Part shown: one piece after another, positions 1-12,633 of the stretch | How the letters are laid out: each line of letters begins with the position of its first letter | Position numbering within the stretch: position 1 is the first letter of the stretch | Assembly (NCBI GenBank): GCA_050575255.1 | Contig: JBNZDD010013732.1 | Span: 9,804,225 to 9,868,224 of the forward strand | From: Harriotta raleighana | Lineage: Eukaryota | Length of the DNA: 64,000 bases | Direction: 5' to 3' | Translations under genes and position numbers: made by a program | The notes under the pieces: model-generated | What the model saw: only the letters and a program-made list of their open reading frames with translations | Databases searched by the model: none | What the model was told of the DNA's origin: nothing

Positions 1-64
1 AGGCGCTTTGAGACGTCTAGAAGATGTGAAAAGTGCCAAATCAACTGCAAGGATTATTATTATT
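1..64 (+). mobile_element. 3' tail of young tRNA-derived SINE (cut by window edge)
   Basis: gcgctttgagacgtctagaagatgtgaaaag...tgcaaggattattatt matches the tail of full copies at 2876 and 61499. Confidence 0.85.
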
Positions 65-1299
65 TAAAGACGAACAATCAAAATAGTTTATATCCAGAAT
101 ATATCTTATCTTGTATTGGAATAATGCTGCTCCCAAGTGCTTTTCGATGAAACACAGGCAAAATAGTCTTAAAACAATTGGAATAATCTGAAATAGCACA
201 AGATCATCCAAACAGTTTGAATTGGCTTCCTGCATGCAGCTTGTCACACAACATTCACCTCCAATGAAGGATGTATTCCCTTTCAGTTCCCTTTATCACA
301 ATTTGTCCAATTTACCTATGTGACAATCATTCCAAATAACATTGATTTTTTACTGCACTGATAATGTTTGAAGAAATTAAGCCATTTGCCCAAACAGAGC
401 CTAAACTGTTGTGAAAACTGTGTTGACTGGAGAATCAAGTTCAGTCAGTTAAGCAAGGTTTCAATCAGCTCGGATCAAATTTCTTGCATGAAACACAAGT
501 TGCTGTGTTTCTCAAGAACTGTAAGCCCACAGTTAAGGAAGAATTGTTTCTAAGCCAAGTTTTCATCCATTTTATAGATTCACATCCAACAACTTCAGTA
601 ATTGAGATCTAAATTCTACCTCAATCGGCTGAGTTGGCAAAATCGTGCTGGACTTTCCCCTCTTCCACACACACAGATCTGTTAATGCTCCTAAAACCCA
701 AACATGATTGTGTCCATTTTCAGTTTGATTGCACTTCTTACATCAATCATGGTGAAATAAAGTTTAATGTCAAATCTTTCTGTGACATTACATTAGATTT
801 TGCCACCTAATCTTTGACAACAAGAAAATTAAAATTGTTTAGCATCTTTCACGTTGGGAGGATGTGCCAACAATATATTCACTGTTCAGGTGACTGAGAT
901 CCCTATTTCATCCAGCTGTTTTCATCACACTATACTTTGCTTGTTATTTCTTTTCTTTTTGTGAAATTTAATAGTGGTTGGTTTCCATTTAATAGTGGTT
1001 GGTTTACAGAACTATTTTCATAAGGATAATACTTATTCAGACAACAATCGATCCAATAAGAACATGAATAAGAAAAGACTAGTTAAACCAGAGTGAACCA
1101 ATCTTTTGGCTGCTGTGGGACAGATGTCCTGCTTGAGAAATATCTCTGGGTACATAAGCAATATTTCTATGCTTCCTTTCCAGCTTTTTCACATTGGAAG
1201 CACGTCTCAACGCTGCCAGCTGGAGGTGGGAGATAAGGGAAGTGGGATGGGGAGGAGAAAAGATGACTGAAATAGATGACCGTACAATATCACAATAAT

Positions 1300-1620
1300 A
1301 AATGTTACATTTGGTACGCCCTTTTCACCTGAGGAGGATGTTGCAAAGCATTTTACAGGATTTATTGTACAGTAACTTATGTATTTTGTGAGCATACAAG
1401 GCAGTCAATTTACACACAACAATGTCGCACAAATAACCATGAAATCCATGACCAATTTTATTTGGGAGTTTGTTGAATAGTGCAATGGGATCTTTAATGC
1501 TCACCTAAGTTAAACTGGGCTACAGTTTAACATCTAATTTGAAGCAAAGAACCTCTGGCAATGTAGCAGTCCCAACATGGGAATGGAACCAGTAAGCTTA
1601 TGAGTCAGGAGTGAGAGCCA
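1300..1620 (-). mobile_element. Old, degenerate Deu-domain SINE (SacSINE1-like)
   Basis: Reverse-oriented core motifs gaatagtgcaatgggatctttaat and cagtttaacatct, plus a degenerate tail; similar to copies at 46970 and 56600. Confidence 0.55.
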
Positions 1621-2875
1621 AATGTAATTTTGTTGTTGTTGCTATCAACTGGACCAGGCTGACGACAATTGGCTATTTGTCAATTCTGACACCTGTGGCA
1701 CCCCATGTTTCATTGAGCAGGGAAACATTTTGGAGCAGGATGAAATCTGCTCACCATTTGTGTCGGTGTTGCTCTGTTAAAAGGTTAAAAAAATCTAATT
1801 GCCCTGATATTCTATGAAGTTCCTTTATGAAATGCCACACACATTCAGGAATTCACTGATGACTCCAAACTAAAAAATGCAGCCAACAATGCAGATCAAA
1901 GTAGAGGCTTGTGCTGTCCAGGAGGCACTGTGCTCACATTTAACCTTAGGCGTGTTCCCTCCAGGAGTCAAGCTATTCAAATATAAATATAGCTTTTCTC
2001 TTGAGAAAAGGTGAGACACTTGAAGGAAACAAGCAGTAGGTTCTCTTTACTTACATTCATCAGATATGTACTGTATATCATTGTAGTTAGTTTAGATGAT
2101 ATTAGTTAGTGCTGGAAACAGGACTCTCTCAATCAAAATTGCATGCCTTCTAGTTATAAACGTAATATGTTTAAATTGGCCAACAGTGCCCAACAGTATA
2201 CTCTAAAAATATTTTTCTGAGAACACTATTTTAGTTTGGAATTTGTAGTTTAAATGCTGTACTAATGACCAGTGAAACCTCCAGCAGGATCTCAGCAGTA
2301 TTACAAACCCATTAAAAGACCAATGTTCTTTATTTATCAAGAATGCCAAACTCCTGCAACTGTTTAAGAATAGTCTACCTTGATAACTTGGCTAAAAGTG
2401 TGCCAAGCACATTTGCAACAGGCACACACAATTTCTACCGTCAAAATTCAAAGTAGCACATTAATCTCACTGACATGACCAGTGATTAATCACGCCACAT
2501 TGTTTGACTAATTTTACAAGCCAGTGAAGTGTCTTCCTATTAACTAAATTAAGCACTCTTGACATCCTCGCAGATTACTCACTTGCTGTCCTATTCTAAT
2601 ACTGCTACATTAATAATGATGATAATAATAATAGCATTTGATGGGCCACTTTAACCTTATCATTGCGCAAAGTATCCTCGGTTCAAATTTCATCCAAAAA
2701 TGTTGCACTTCACGAGCACTGCATTCAAAGGTCACTTGAGATATTCCAAGTAAAAAACATTATAAAATAACAATGCTTACATATGAAATAGGATCTTATT
2801 CCCCTCCCCTCTTCATCTGTCTTTAATTGTTGTCTCGTAATGGAGCTCTTCAACCATGCCAACAGTCATATTTGT

Positions 2876-3213
2876 GGAGTCCTGTAGCACATTGGTTAGA
2901 ACACTCGCCCTACGAGAGACCTGAGTTCGATTCCAAGGAGGGCGAAACTTTAGCAAAGTTTCCTTACTCCACATGCCTAATAATAATCCCTCAAAAAATC
3001 AGTAAGAAATTGGTCAATTTAATCCACTACTGTTTGTGGGACACTGCTTTGCACAATTGCCTGCCACGTTTTGCCCACAAATATACATTCAATTCACTTA
3101 ACAGTATATTCTCTGAGATGTCTAGAAGATATGAAAAGCGCTATATCAAATGCAAGGTTTATGATTATTATTGTGATTATGAATATTATTATGATTATTA
3201 TAATTATTATTAT
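2876..3213 (+). mobile_element. Young tRNA-derived SINE, short form, full length
   Basis: GGAGTCCTGTAGC head with A/B-box-like motifs (gagttcgattcc), core gtttgtgggacactgc, L2-like tail and (TAT)n end. Confidence 0.9.
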
Positions 3214-3725
3214 ACCTCCCATCCCTTTTTACTTGTACGGCCTCTGCCCAGCTTTCATGAAGTGTTCTAAGACATCATCTTACATGAATAAATAAGTTGT
3301 TATCACAGTGAAATATTAATTTCAAAGTGCTTCACAGAGCTTATTTTAATTGGGTATCAAACAAATTACTCCCAGTTACAATATATTATATCTGCTGTAT
3401 GTATATAGTTTTTAAAATCATGCACTTGAAAATTTGACAAGACATGGATTGACAAAATCCTCTCACTCCACTTCTGTGTCTAAATTCAGTCTCCCTTTTC
3501 CACTGTCACAAGTGAAATTAGGTTGATGTTTGCACTGTCAATGCTGATTTTGATCATGTCAAATTGACTTTTCAGCTGGCTCTCCTGACGTGAAAGGTAC
3601 TGTACAAATTTTATTTTGTTATTTTTGTTCAAAGGTAAATATCTCACCCAATGGCTGTCTCCCTCAATCCTTTTTATTATATTATACTATACGTGTGATC
3701 AAATTGGAATAGTTTCATTATAAAA

Positions 3726-4012
3726 AATAATAATCCTTGCATTTGATATAGCGCATTTCACATCTTCTAGATGTCTCAAAACACTTCACAAAATATACTG
3801 TAAAGTGATCTGACTGTATATTTGTGGGCCAAACGTGGCAGCCAATTGTGCACAGCAGTGTCCCACAAACAGTCGTGGATTGAAGTGACCAATTTTATTA
3901 TTGTTTTTTTCTTGATGGATTATTATCAGACGTGTTGAGTAAGGTTTTGCCCTGCAAGGAATCGAACCCAAGTCTCTCACTTGTGAGGCAAGTACTCTAA
4001 CCACTGAGCTAC
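3726..4012 (-). mobile_element. Young SINE, short form
   Basis: Reverse complement of the family consensus from tail to head (ctaaccactgagctac). Confidence 0.9.
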
Positions 4013-5227
4013 GACATGTGTCTATCTAGGCAAGTGTTGAATTTTGTTGAGTAGCAGCCTTGTATGACATTCTATCTATCCTTCAGAACACTGAAGAGGA
4101 ATGCCATTTCGCAAGTTTCCACTGTAAAATATTCCCTGAATAAATATAAACGAATCATAACAGCTGTACTAGTCACAGCCAAAATAAATACTGTATTATA
4201 GTTTAATATATTTTATCAGACTAATGTAGGAGTCATAGAAGAATCTTTATCCAAAGTGTTTCATGAAATTTTCTTAATTTGCCAAAGACACAGCAGCAAC
4301 GATAGAATTTGTGTCAAATCACACAACATGTTGTGGTAAAATCATATATGCCCATCCAGGTGGACTCCCTTTGCAGGATTAAATGCCTTTTTAAAGCAAG
4401 CAAGCTTTCACATTCATCTAAGCCCCTGTTATTAACACATATGCAGGAAATGGCTGAAGATTGGTTTCTTGTGCTTAGGGCAAAATACAGAATTGACATA
4501 GGGTTGGTTATTTTTAGTTTTAACTTTTTAAAAGAAACGGTCATACGATGAAGCCTTTAATAATATTCAAGTGCAGTTCCTGGTAATTCAGTGGTCTAGC
4601 TGAGACCTTTCAACTGACCATGAGGGAACAAGACGTAAGCAATTTTCATCGACCACAATTATACTGCATAGGACATGAATCGCACTGGTCTTGAAACTCT
4701 AGTTGGGAGCAGGGTTCTAACAACATTCATGCTGGCTTGATTTAAACTGTACATTTAATGAGCTGATCTATAGTTCACCACCTGGTATGCAGTACAAATG
4801 CAGCATGAGTTACCTTGTAATGTATTGAACTCTTACTGTTTTCACACATTCCCTGTAGTGACACTCATCTGCATTGAATTAAGAAATGAGTTGAAAACCA
4901 GAGGGACAAAATTTAGACGGTAGAAATTTTTTATCCCACAGAAAGTTATTAGAACATGTAAGAATGCCTCACTAACTCTACAGTTGACGTAGAATACGTT
5001 ATACCTCTAAAAGCAAATTCAATAAATAGTTCAAAAAGAGAAATGTTTGCGGGTAAAGGGATCAACCAGGGAAGTGGAATTAAATGAAGTTCTTTCAGGG
5101 AGCTAAAATGAGGACATGGGCCAAGTGACTTCCATTGTACCAGTAGCAGAGATAGTAGAGGGCAGAGGAGGGCTTGGGGTGAATGTATGGCACCTTTTAA
5201 ATATTTTGTGCAACTGTAATTGCATGT

Positions 5228-5482
5228 TTTTTTCTTCTTCTCTCTCTCCCTTTCCCCCCTTCCCTCCCTCTTCCCTCCCTTTCTCCTTGGTTTCCCTCCC
5301 TCCACCTTTCTCTCCCTTTTCCCCCTTGCCACCATTTCTCCCTCCTTGTCCTCCTTGATTTCCCCCTTGTCCTCCTTTCTCCGCCCTTTCTCCGTCCTTT
5401 TTCCTCCCTGATTTTACCCCACCCGCTTTTTCCTCCGTCTCCTTCCTTGTCCCTTTTTCCCCCTTTCTCCCCCGGCCCCATT
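5228..5482. repeat. Polypyrimidine low-complexity tract
   Basis: Almost only C and T on the + strand; source of the G/K/E/R-rich spurious ORFs. Confidence 0.85.
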
Positions 5483-5822
5483 TCCGTGTGTGTTTGTGGG
5501 ACACTGCTGTGCGCAATTTGGCTGCCGCGTTTCTCCCCAGATATACACCTGGTTTTCCTTCTCTCTTCCTCCTACCCCAACCCCTCCCCTTGCCCTCTTT
5601 CCCCCTTTCATCCCTGGAACCCTCGCTTCCATGACTGTTTGTGGGACACTGCTGTGCGCAATTTGGCTGCCGCGTTTCGCCCACAAATATACAGTCAGTT
5701 TTTCCTGCTTTTCTTCCCCCGACCCCTCCCCCCACTTGACTGTACAGCGCCTTGGGACGTCCTCCTGACGTGAAAGGCGCTATATAAATATAATATATAA
5801 ATAAATAAAAATAAATAAATAA
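5483..5822 (+). mobile_element. Two tandem Deu-like core copies followed by an L2-type 3' tail
   Basis: tgtttgtgggacactgctgtgcgcaatttggctgccgcgttt occurs twice (~5491, ~5636), then cagcgccttgggacgtcctcctgacgtgaaaggcgctatataaat and (TAAA)n. Confidence 0.75.
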
Positions 5823-6129
5823 ATGTGTGCTAGTGATCGCTTAGTGTGTGTATTAAAAGCTTGACTTTTTCTGCTTGCAGTTTCAAACCTGGATGTGAAG
5901 TGACTGGACGGGGGACATTAATGAGACCCCCTGGCTCTGCCACTGCTTTATACTGTAAAATCTAAGATTCTAAATGCTACTAAACAGATAAAAACAATAA
6001 CTAGATTTCTTCAATCCAGTCCCTGGTGTTTCCCTGTGTTGGGATCTAACCAATTCATTAAAGCAAACCCTACTTGTACAACAAGGATAATAAAAGAACC
6101 ACATACTCCAACAAGATTACACAGACACT

Positions 6130-6530
6130 ACACTTATGCCTTCAAACCCCTCCATGGCTTTGTTCCTCCTAATCTCTGACCTACTAACCCCATATCAACC
6201 TGTCTGCTCCCTCGACTCAGTGGAATCTCCTCTGCCAAGGTTCATGTCCTCTGACCAGCCAGCCTCACCATCAGAAGCCGGGCCTTCAGCATCTCTGCCC
6301 ACTCTTTGGAACTCCATCCAACATTCCCTGCACCTCACTTCCTCCCTTACCTCCAACAAAACCTGTCTCAAGACCCTCCACTTTGACTGGGCCTTCAAAC
6401 ACCTTCCTACACTTATTGACCTCCAACTCTCCTGATCCCAATCCGCAGTACAAGTCCAAATCCCTGAGCGTCCAGTGTCCTCCGGTTGTGAAACACACTG
6501 TACAAATGTAATTTTTTGTTGTTATTCAAT
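6130..6530 (+). mobile_element. L2 LINE 3' fragment, degenerate
   Basis: Translates in part to PTLWNSI; similar to the 3' end of the L2 at 21 kb, with a ttgttgtt tail. Confidence 0.7.
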
Positions 6531-7524
6531 TGTTGTGACTAATGTCATAAAGGGTTCAGGCTGTGAGTTGCAGCAGTCATATCAACCAATAAACTTAAGT
6601 AAGTCAGGATTTTTTACAAACACAAGTAGAGGAAATTTACTCTTGTCACATCTGTCATACAAAACAATAGAGAGGATAATGGATTCCATCTCTACTCCAC
6701 TACCTTCACCCTCCTCATATCAACTATAATCTATAATTCTGCGATGCAACAAATTGGATTACTCTCCAAGATTAATCAATAAAACATAAACTTTAACCAT
6801 CCACTGCAACAAATGTTTGTTTTTGTTGCATTATTCTATTTTTTTGCTTGGTGATATGGGACATGAGCTATGATGGGATTTGTAGTGCATCAGATCACTG
6901 CAGAGAATTGCACCATAAGCACTGGGAACCCAAATATATTAATATGGCATGTAGGAGCCAGTATGCTTATGGCTGCAGCTTAATTGAATGCTGCAGACTC
7001 TCATAAACCACTTGTACTTTGCTTTTAAGAGTTTAAGCTATCATCTGAGGCTTTTTATTCAATTACCCCCAGCTTTTTATGATGTCTCTGATTTTACTCT
7101 AATTATTTATTTATAGACACACAGCAAACCTATGCCAGGTCAATTGTTCAAAGGCCATGCCCACAACTTGATTTTAGAAAAAATAGCTGGTTGTGGCATT
7201 CTTTGGAGATGAGAAAATCCATGTTTCTTTAATATACTGTACTTGAGCAAACCAATGAGTTCAATATAGATGATTAGGATTACTTGTACTGTAGGTCTTT
7301 CCATTTATCATTTTTTATAGTTTGATGACATGATGCTCATTCGTCTGCAGTGAAACTTGGTTGCTGATCCACATTAATTAACCATCAACAAGTCCCCATG
7401 TGCAATCATTATCTATTCTGAAATTTCTGTGCTGATGTCCTGCTTGCATTGATTCATACTGAAGATTCACAATCAGAAACCTTTGCAATTGATCAGTTAA
7501 AAAATACTTGCGACAATTTATAAT

Positions 7525-7858
7525 GTTAATAATAATTCCTGTATTTGATGTAATGCCTTATTATGTCTTTGAAATGTCTCAAAGCAGTCACAGAACATAT
7601 TGTAAAGAAAAGTGACTAGATTTTGTGGGCGAAATGCAGGAGCCAATTGCACACAGCAGTGTCCCACCAATGTTGTGGATTGAACGACCAAATAATAATT
7701 ACTTTTTTGTAGGATTATTATCCTGCAAACATGATCCGCCAATCTACGAACAACTGGGTTCCTACTTATTGCTAGGTAAACAGAGGCATGTGGAGTAAGT
7801 AAACTTGCCCAACCTTTTGCCCTGTCCGGCAATCGAATCCTGGTCCTCATTTCTTGCA
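7525..7858 (-). mobile_element. Young SINE, long form
   Basis: Family match plus the extra internal segment gatccgccaatc...gggttcctacttattgctaggtaaacagaggc. Confidence 0.85.
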
Positions 7859-7866
7859 TTTAATGT

Positions 7867-8125
7867 CATAGAATCATGCAATTTTACAGCACAAAAGAAG
7901 GCCATTCTGCCCACCATGTCTGTGCCAGCTCTTTGAAAAGAGCTATTCAATGTCAATACCACTCTCCCGCTCTCTCCCTATAACCCCGCAAACTTGTCCT
8001 CCCCAAATAACCATCCACCTCTCTTTTAAAAGTTGTTATCGAATCGGCCTCCACCACCCTTTCGGGTAATGCATTCCAGATTCGAACAATTCACTTCATG
8101 AAAATATTTCTCCTCACCTCCCATC
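7867..8125 (-). mobile_element. CR1 LINE 3' end
   Basis: catagaatc...acagcacaaaagaaggccattctgccc...gcctccaccaccctttcgggtaatgcattccag, a typical reverse-complemented CR1 terminus; sister copy at 53515. Confidence 0.7.
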
Positions 8126-8759
8126 TTCTTCAATATAATAAGTATAATAATAATCGTTGCATTTGATATAGCGCCTTATCACATTGTTGAGACATTCAAA
8201 AGCCCTTCACAGAATATACTGCAATTAAATTGATTGTGTTATTTTAATGTTTCCTCCCCCTACCCCATAACTGCATTGAGCATGGCTAGTTTATAAATTG
8301 GCAACACTTTAAAGGCCTTTTATACGTTAGCTGAATGTTAGAGTCTTCCAAACTCCCCCATGGAAATGTTGTTTCCTGCAGTAAAGCATTTACATTTTCC
8401 ACAATCAGTGAAAAGCGGTCTTGACTTATCTATTGTATTGTATTGTGCTCACTCAAAATAAAATTGAGACAGCTCAAATTCATTTGGAGAAGGAACTAAA
8501 TAGAAAAACTCCTTTGAAGTCAATCCAAAATCCTTTGAATACAATTGTCAAAAGATATTTTGAGATGTGAAACTATTTCCTTGAGCAACTGAGAAATTCA
8601 TATTCTTTAGTTATTTAAAGGGTACAAATGTGCAAGAGATCTTTGTATTACAAGATGAGCTGTGTAACAATTTTGCCTTCAACTTTATTTTATTATGTGC
8701 ATATAGGCAACAATTTGTAGGTGGTAATGTAAGTTTTTGCTGCCCTCACAAAGATGAAG

Positions 8760-9570
8760 TAACAACAACAACAACAACAACAAAATTACAATTGCAGAGT
8801 GGCTGAAGGCTTGCATGCCAATGTTGCGGCGGGTGGGTTGGGAGACTTGGAACAAGCCAGAGCCTGCTGAGCGGAAGGGTTGGGAAGGTTAATAGGGGAT
8901 TAGGAGGTTGCAGAGGTATGATGGTGGGCTTTGAAGAATCTTGAATTGGATCCGCTGGGTGATGGGAAGCTAATGGAGATAGGCAAGAATGGGAAAAATG
9001 GGGTCACAGAGCTTGGAGTGGCAGAGGACACAAGTCGCAGAGTTCTGGATGATCTGCAGCTTGTGGAGGGAGGAAAGCTGACAAGCAGGGTGTTGGCACA
9101 GTCGAGCCTGGATGTGATGAAGGCATGAATGAGGGTTTCAGCGGCCTGAGGGGGGAGGTAGTGGCAGAGTCGGGTAATATTGCGGAGGTGAGGGAAGCCA
9201 GAGCTGGTCGTAGCTTGGATGTGGGAGAGAAAAGACAGTTGAGAATCGAACAAGACACCTAAGTTACTGTCTGGCTTGGTGAGGTTGAGTATGCAACCAT
9301 GGAGATTGATGCTACCAGTGTCTGATGTGTGAAGGAGCTGGCGCGACCCAATCAGGAAGGCCTCGGTCTTGTTAACATTCAATTGTAGAAAGTTAGCTCT
9401 CATCCAGGACTTGATGTCTGACAGGCAGTCTATCAGGACATCAGTGGTCCTGGAATTGAGGGCAGAGGCAAAAGGATAGATTTGGGTGTTATCCACATAC
9501 ATGTGGAAGTTGACTCCCATGTCTGCGGATGATGTTGCCAAGGTGGAGAATATATACATGTACAAACGCT
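8760..9570 (-). mobile_element. L2 LINE ORF2 fragment (RT C-terminal part), frameshifted
   Basis: GVNFHMYVDNTQIY...IKSWMRANFLQLNVNKTEA...[12 protein letters not shown], with a (CAA)n tail at 8761. Confidence 0.9.
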
Positions 9571-9714
9571 ATTCAGTCCTAGTTCATACAAAAAGTGAAA
9601 TTTTAAAAACTCTTCAGTTTCCTCACCAGGAATTTTTTTGAGGGTTTCAGCCATCAATCCTCTGGGTAGTTTTCCTTCCTTGTGATATTGTGGAAAGAAA
9701 CGAGTGGTAGGCAA

Positions 9715-10070
9715 GTTCTTCTCACTAGAGCGAATATGGAATCCATCAGGCAGGGCAAAACCTTGGGCAAGTTTCCTTACTCCACACGCCTACAACAACA
9801 AAACAACAACAAAATTACATTGATAGGGTGCCTTTCGCGTCAGGAGGGTGTTCCAAAGTGCTGAGATGCCTAATAGTGATCCCACAAAAAAAACAATAAG
9901 AAATTGGTCACTTCAACCTACGATTGTGGGGCATTTCCGTGCCCAATTACCCGCTGCATTTTCCCCACAAAATACACCGTCAATTCACTTTACAGTGTAT
10001 TCTATGAAGTGCTTTGAGATGTCTCGAAGACATGATAAGGTGCTATACCAAATGCAAGGATTGTTATTAT
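9715..10070 (+). mobile_element. Young SINE interrupted by a ~75-bp antisense L2 tail
   Basis: SINE consensus is split at gccta; insert 9793-9865 is flanked by acgccta/atgccta. Confidence 0.8.
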
Positions 10071-11058
10071 TTTTATGCTCTCACAAAAGTGCTTCCAAAG
10101 GTGCACAAGACAGTGAGGGGTCAGGACACCTGAATGATACTCCTGCACATAGCCCAGGAGTGGTGTGGCCAATCTAATGTTTCAAGCAAGATTAACTCAG
10201 CACAAACTAAGGGCTAACCTCCAGTTCATGTTTTGGATAGTTCCCAGAATCTAATTGTGATCAATTTCCAAAGACTCAGCACTGCTATCGCATAAGTGAA
10301 TTATCATTCTGGATTTGCAGATGTGTCATATATCAATCATGTGGGCAGTAAAGTTATCAATCAAGTACACAGAATTCAATTTCATTGTGTCAATCACTGG
10401 AGTAAATCTGGGTATAGATGCTTTTAGTTACTGCAGACTAAATGTAGTCTAATTCTATTAAACCTGAAAATGATCCTACATTGCTAGAAGTTCAAAAACA
10501 TATAATTTTATTAATGTGAGGAATATAATAGGATTATTCCACAATAAACGTCTGGGATTAACAATAATTGACTTGAGCCCTACCTTTTGCAAGATCACTT
10601 TTCACAATTTAATATGTTAGGATATCTGACGTAGAAGATATTCTTTCCTTTTTTATCTTTTTGATCTTTTGAACGCAAAATGATTTGAAGAGAGTAATAT
10701 CCTCTCTGAGAGTTGGAGAAGGGATATAGCTGGAAAGTAACTTTCTGACTGGCCTGAATTTATTGGGCTCTTTCATTTTTTATATCCAAAAGGAGATATG
10801 CCATTTCACAGTACTGTACCTTGATTTTAAAGTTTTGGCACCAAGAATGGTATTTCCTTTTCTTTCCTCTCATCAACAATAAAAACACAATTATATTTCT
10901 ATAGCACCTTTCACAGCATGAGGACTTCCCAAGGTGCTACACAATCAGTATTTTGGACCCGAGTTAGGGGGTTAGAATCGGGAAGGGTGGGGGTAGATTA
11001 ATTGAAAGAATATTAGCACTTGCAGACAACGACAACAACTTGTATTTGATATATTTGC

Positions 11059-11352
11059 GGTGTCTTGTAGCTCAGTGGTTAGAGCATTCACCTTGCAAAC
11101 AGGAGACCTGTGTTTGATTCCTGGCAGGGTGAAACATTGAGCAAGTTTCCTTACTGTTAGTTGATTGGTGGAAAGCTTTTTTGGTGATAATAAATTCCTT
11201 CAAAAAATTATTAGAATAAATTGGTCACTCCATCCAACTATTTGTGGGGCAGTGATGTGTACAATTGACCCCCCCCCAGTTCTCCAGCAAAATACACAGT
11301 ATATTTTGAAAATGTGATTAGGGGCTATATCAAATCCAGTGATAATTATTAT
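11059..11352 (+). mobile_element. SINE copy, diverged
   Basis: gtagctcagtggttagagc head, gcaagtttccttact, degenerate core and tail. Confidence 0.8.
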
Positions 11353-12123
11353 TGTTATGGATTATATTATAGTACACTCATAGGAAATTTTATTAACTTT
11401 GATTCATAGTAGTTTTCCACTACTTATTTTTCCTTCCTTTCTTGAAGGTGCTGATTTACTCTGAGCATTGTTTCACAGGTGCTAAAAACTCAATCCAGAT
11501 GATCTTTATTTGTTTTGCCAGGAGGCTGTCTACCTGAAGGAAAGATATGCAAAATCACATCTCACCCCCACATCAATATTTTCCACTGACAGGCTGTAGA
11601 TAAAAATCAAAATAGGGAAACCTCATTGTGTTTTCTCCTTATTAACCTAGAGATATGAAAAATAGCTGTCGGACCCTATTGTCAACTCAAATAAGATCAC
11701 ATAATGCACCTCCTTTGCTCCTTTCTTATGGATGTAGTAAACCTTTCCTTAACTTCTGGCATTTGCATCTCCCTTCATCACCTGCTGTAAACCCATCACA
11801 AATTCCATTCTCAACCATTCAAAACTCTTTCATGTTGGGAGAATTTCTCAAAGCATTGTAAAAAGAAGCCCAAGTCGGGAGGGAGCTTGGTGGACTGGGA
11901 GGTGGTCGAAAACACAAAATGTTTGTAAATTATAACAATTTTCTTGAATTCTCATCAGTAGTTTTTACTTTGAACTTTATTGTTCTTGGATAGGGTATAA
12001 TGTTACAGGTGCAGTTAAAGTATATGAGTAAGCATTTGAAACATTAGAAAGGTTGGTGTTCCATGCGTATCCTTTTGTTAACCATGAGAACAAAATCACA
12101 AGTTTTACCATGAAATATTCATT

Positions 12124-12418
12124 GTATCCTGTAGCTCAGTGGTGAGAGTACTCACCTTACAAGCACAAGACCTGTGTTTGATTCCAGGCAGTGTGAAACT
12201 TTGGCAAAGTTTCCTTACTCCAAAAGCCTAATAATAATCCCTCAAAAAAATAGTAAATTGGTCACTTCGATCCACGACTGTTTATGGGTCATTGCTGTGC
12301 ACAATTAGCTGTCCTGTTTTGCCCACAAATATACAGTCAATTCACTTTACAGTGAAGCACTTTGAGACGTCTCAAATACTTGGAAAGCTATATCAAATGC
12401 AAGAATTATTGTTATTAT
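12124..12418 (+). mobile_element. Young SINE, short form
   Basis: Full head-core-tail match to the family. Confidence 0.9.
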
Positions 12419-12633
12419 CCAAAAAGGATCACATTCAGTTTTATTCCTTAGATAACTACTCTAAGCATCCAGTGACACTTTCTTTTATGAATTTCTGATA
12501 ATTAATGTTTTGTATAAACCAACAACAGTTAACCTTCGTCGAACGTGACTTTATCGATTGCAAATTCAAGTATACACAACAAAACAAAAGCATCACTTTT
12601 TTGTGCAGTGCGCGTAAAACTTGTGTTTATGCG

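Noticed and set aside
2876-2940. tRNA genes at GGAGTCCTGTAGCTCAGTGG sites
   Set aside because: These are SINE heads, followed by the SINE body and variably decayed
2827-3295. Recurrent peptides such as GKFPYSTCLII and HEKRYIKCKDYY in many ORFs
   Set aside because: Translations of the non-coding SINE consensus, not a gene family
4813-4868. Minus-strand micro-exon candidate (ECHYRECVKTVRVQYIT)
   Set aside because: Plausible splice sites but no supporting neighbouring exons or homology
4949-5773. Overlapping 90-210 aa ORFs rich in G/K/E/R or P/F/L/S
   Set aside because: Produced by the polypyrimidine tract and SINE core
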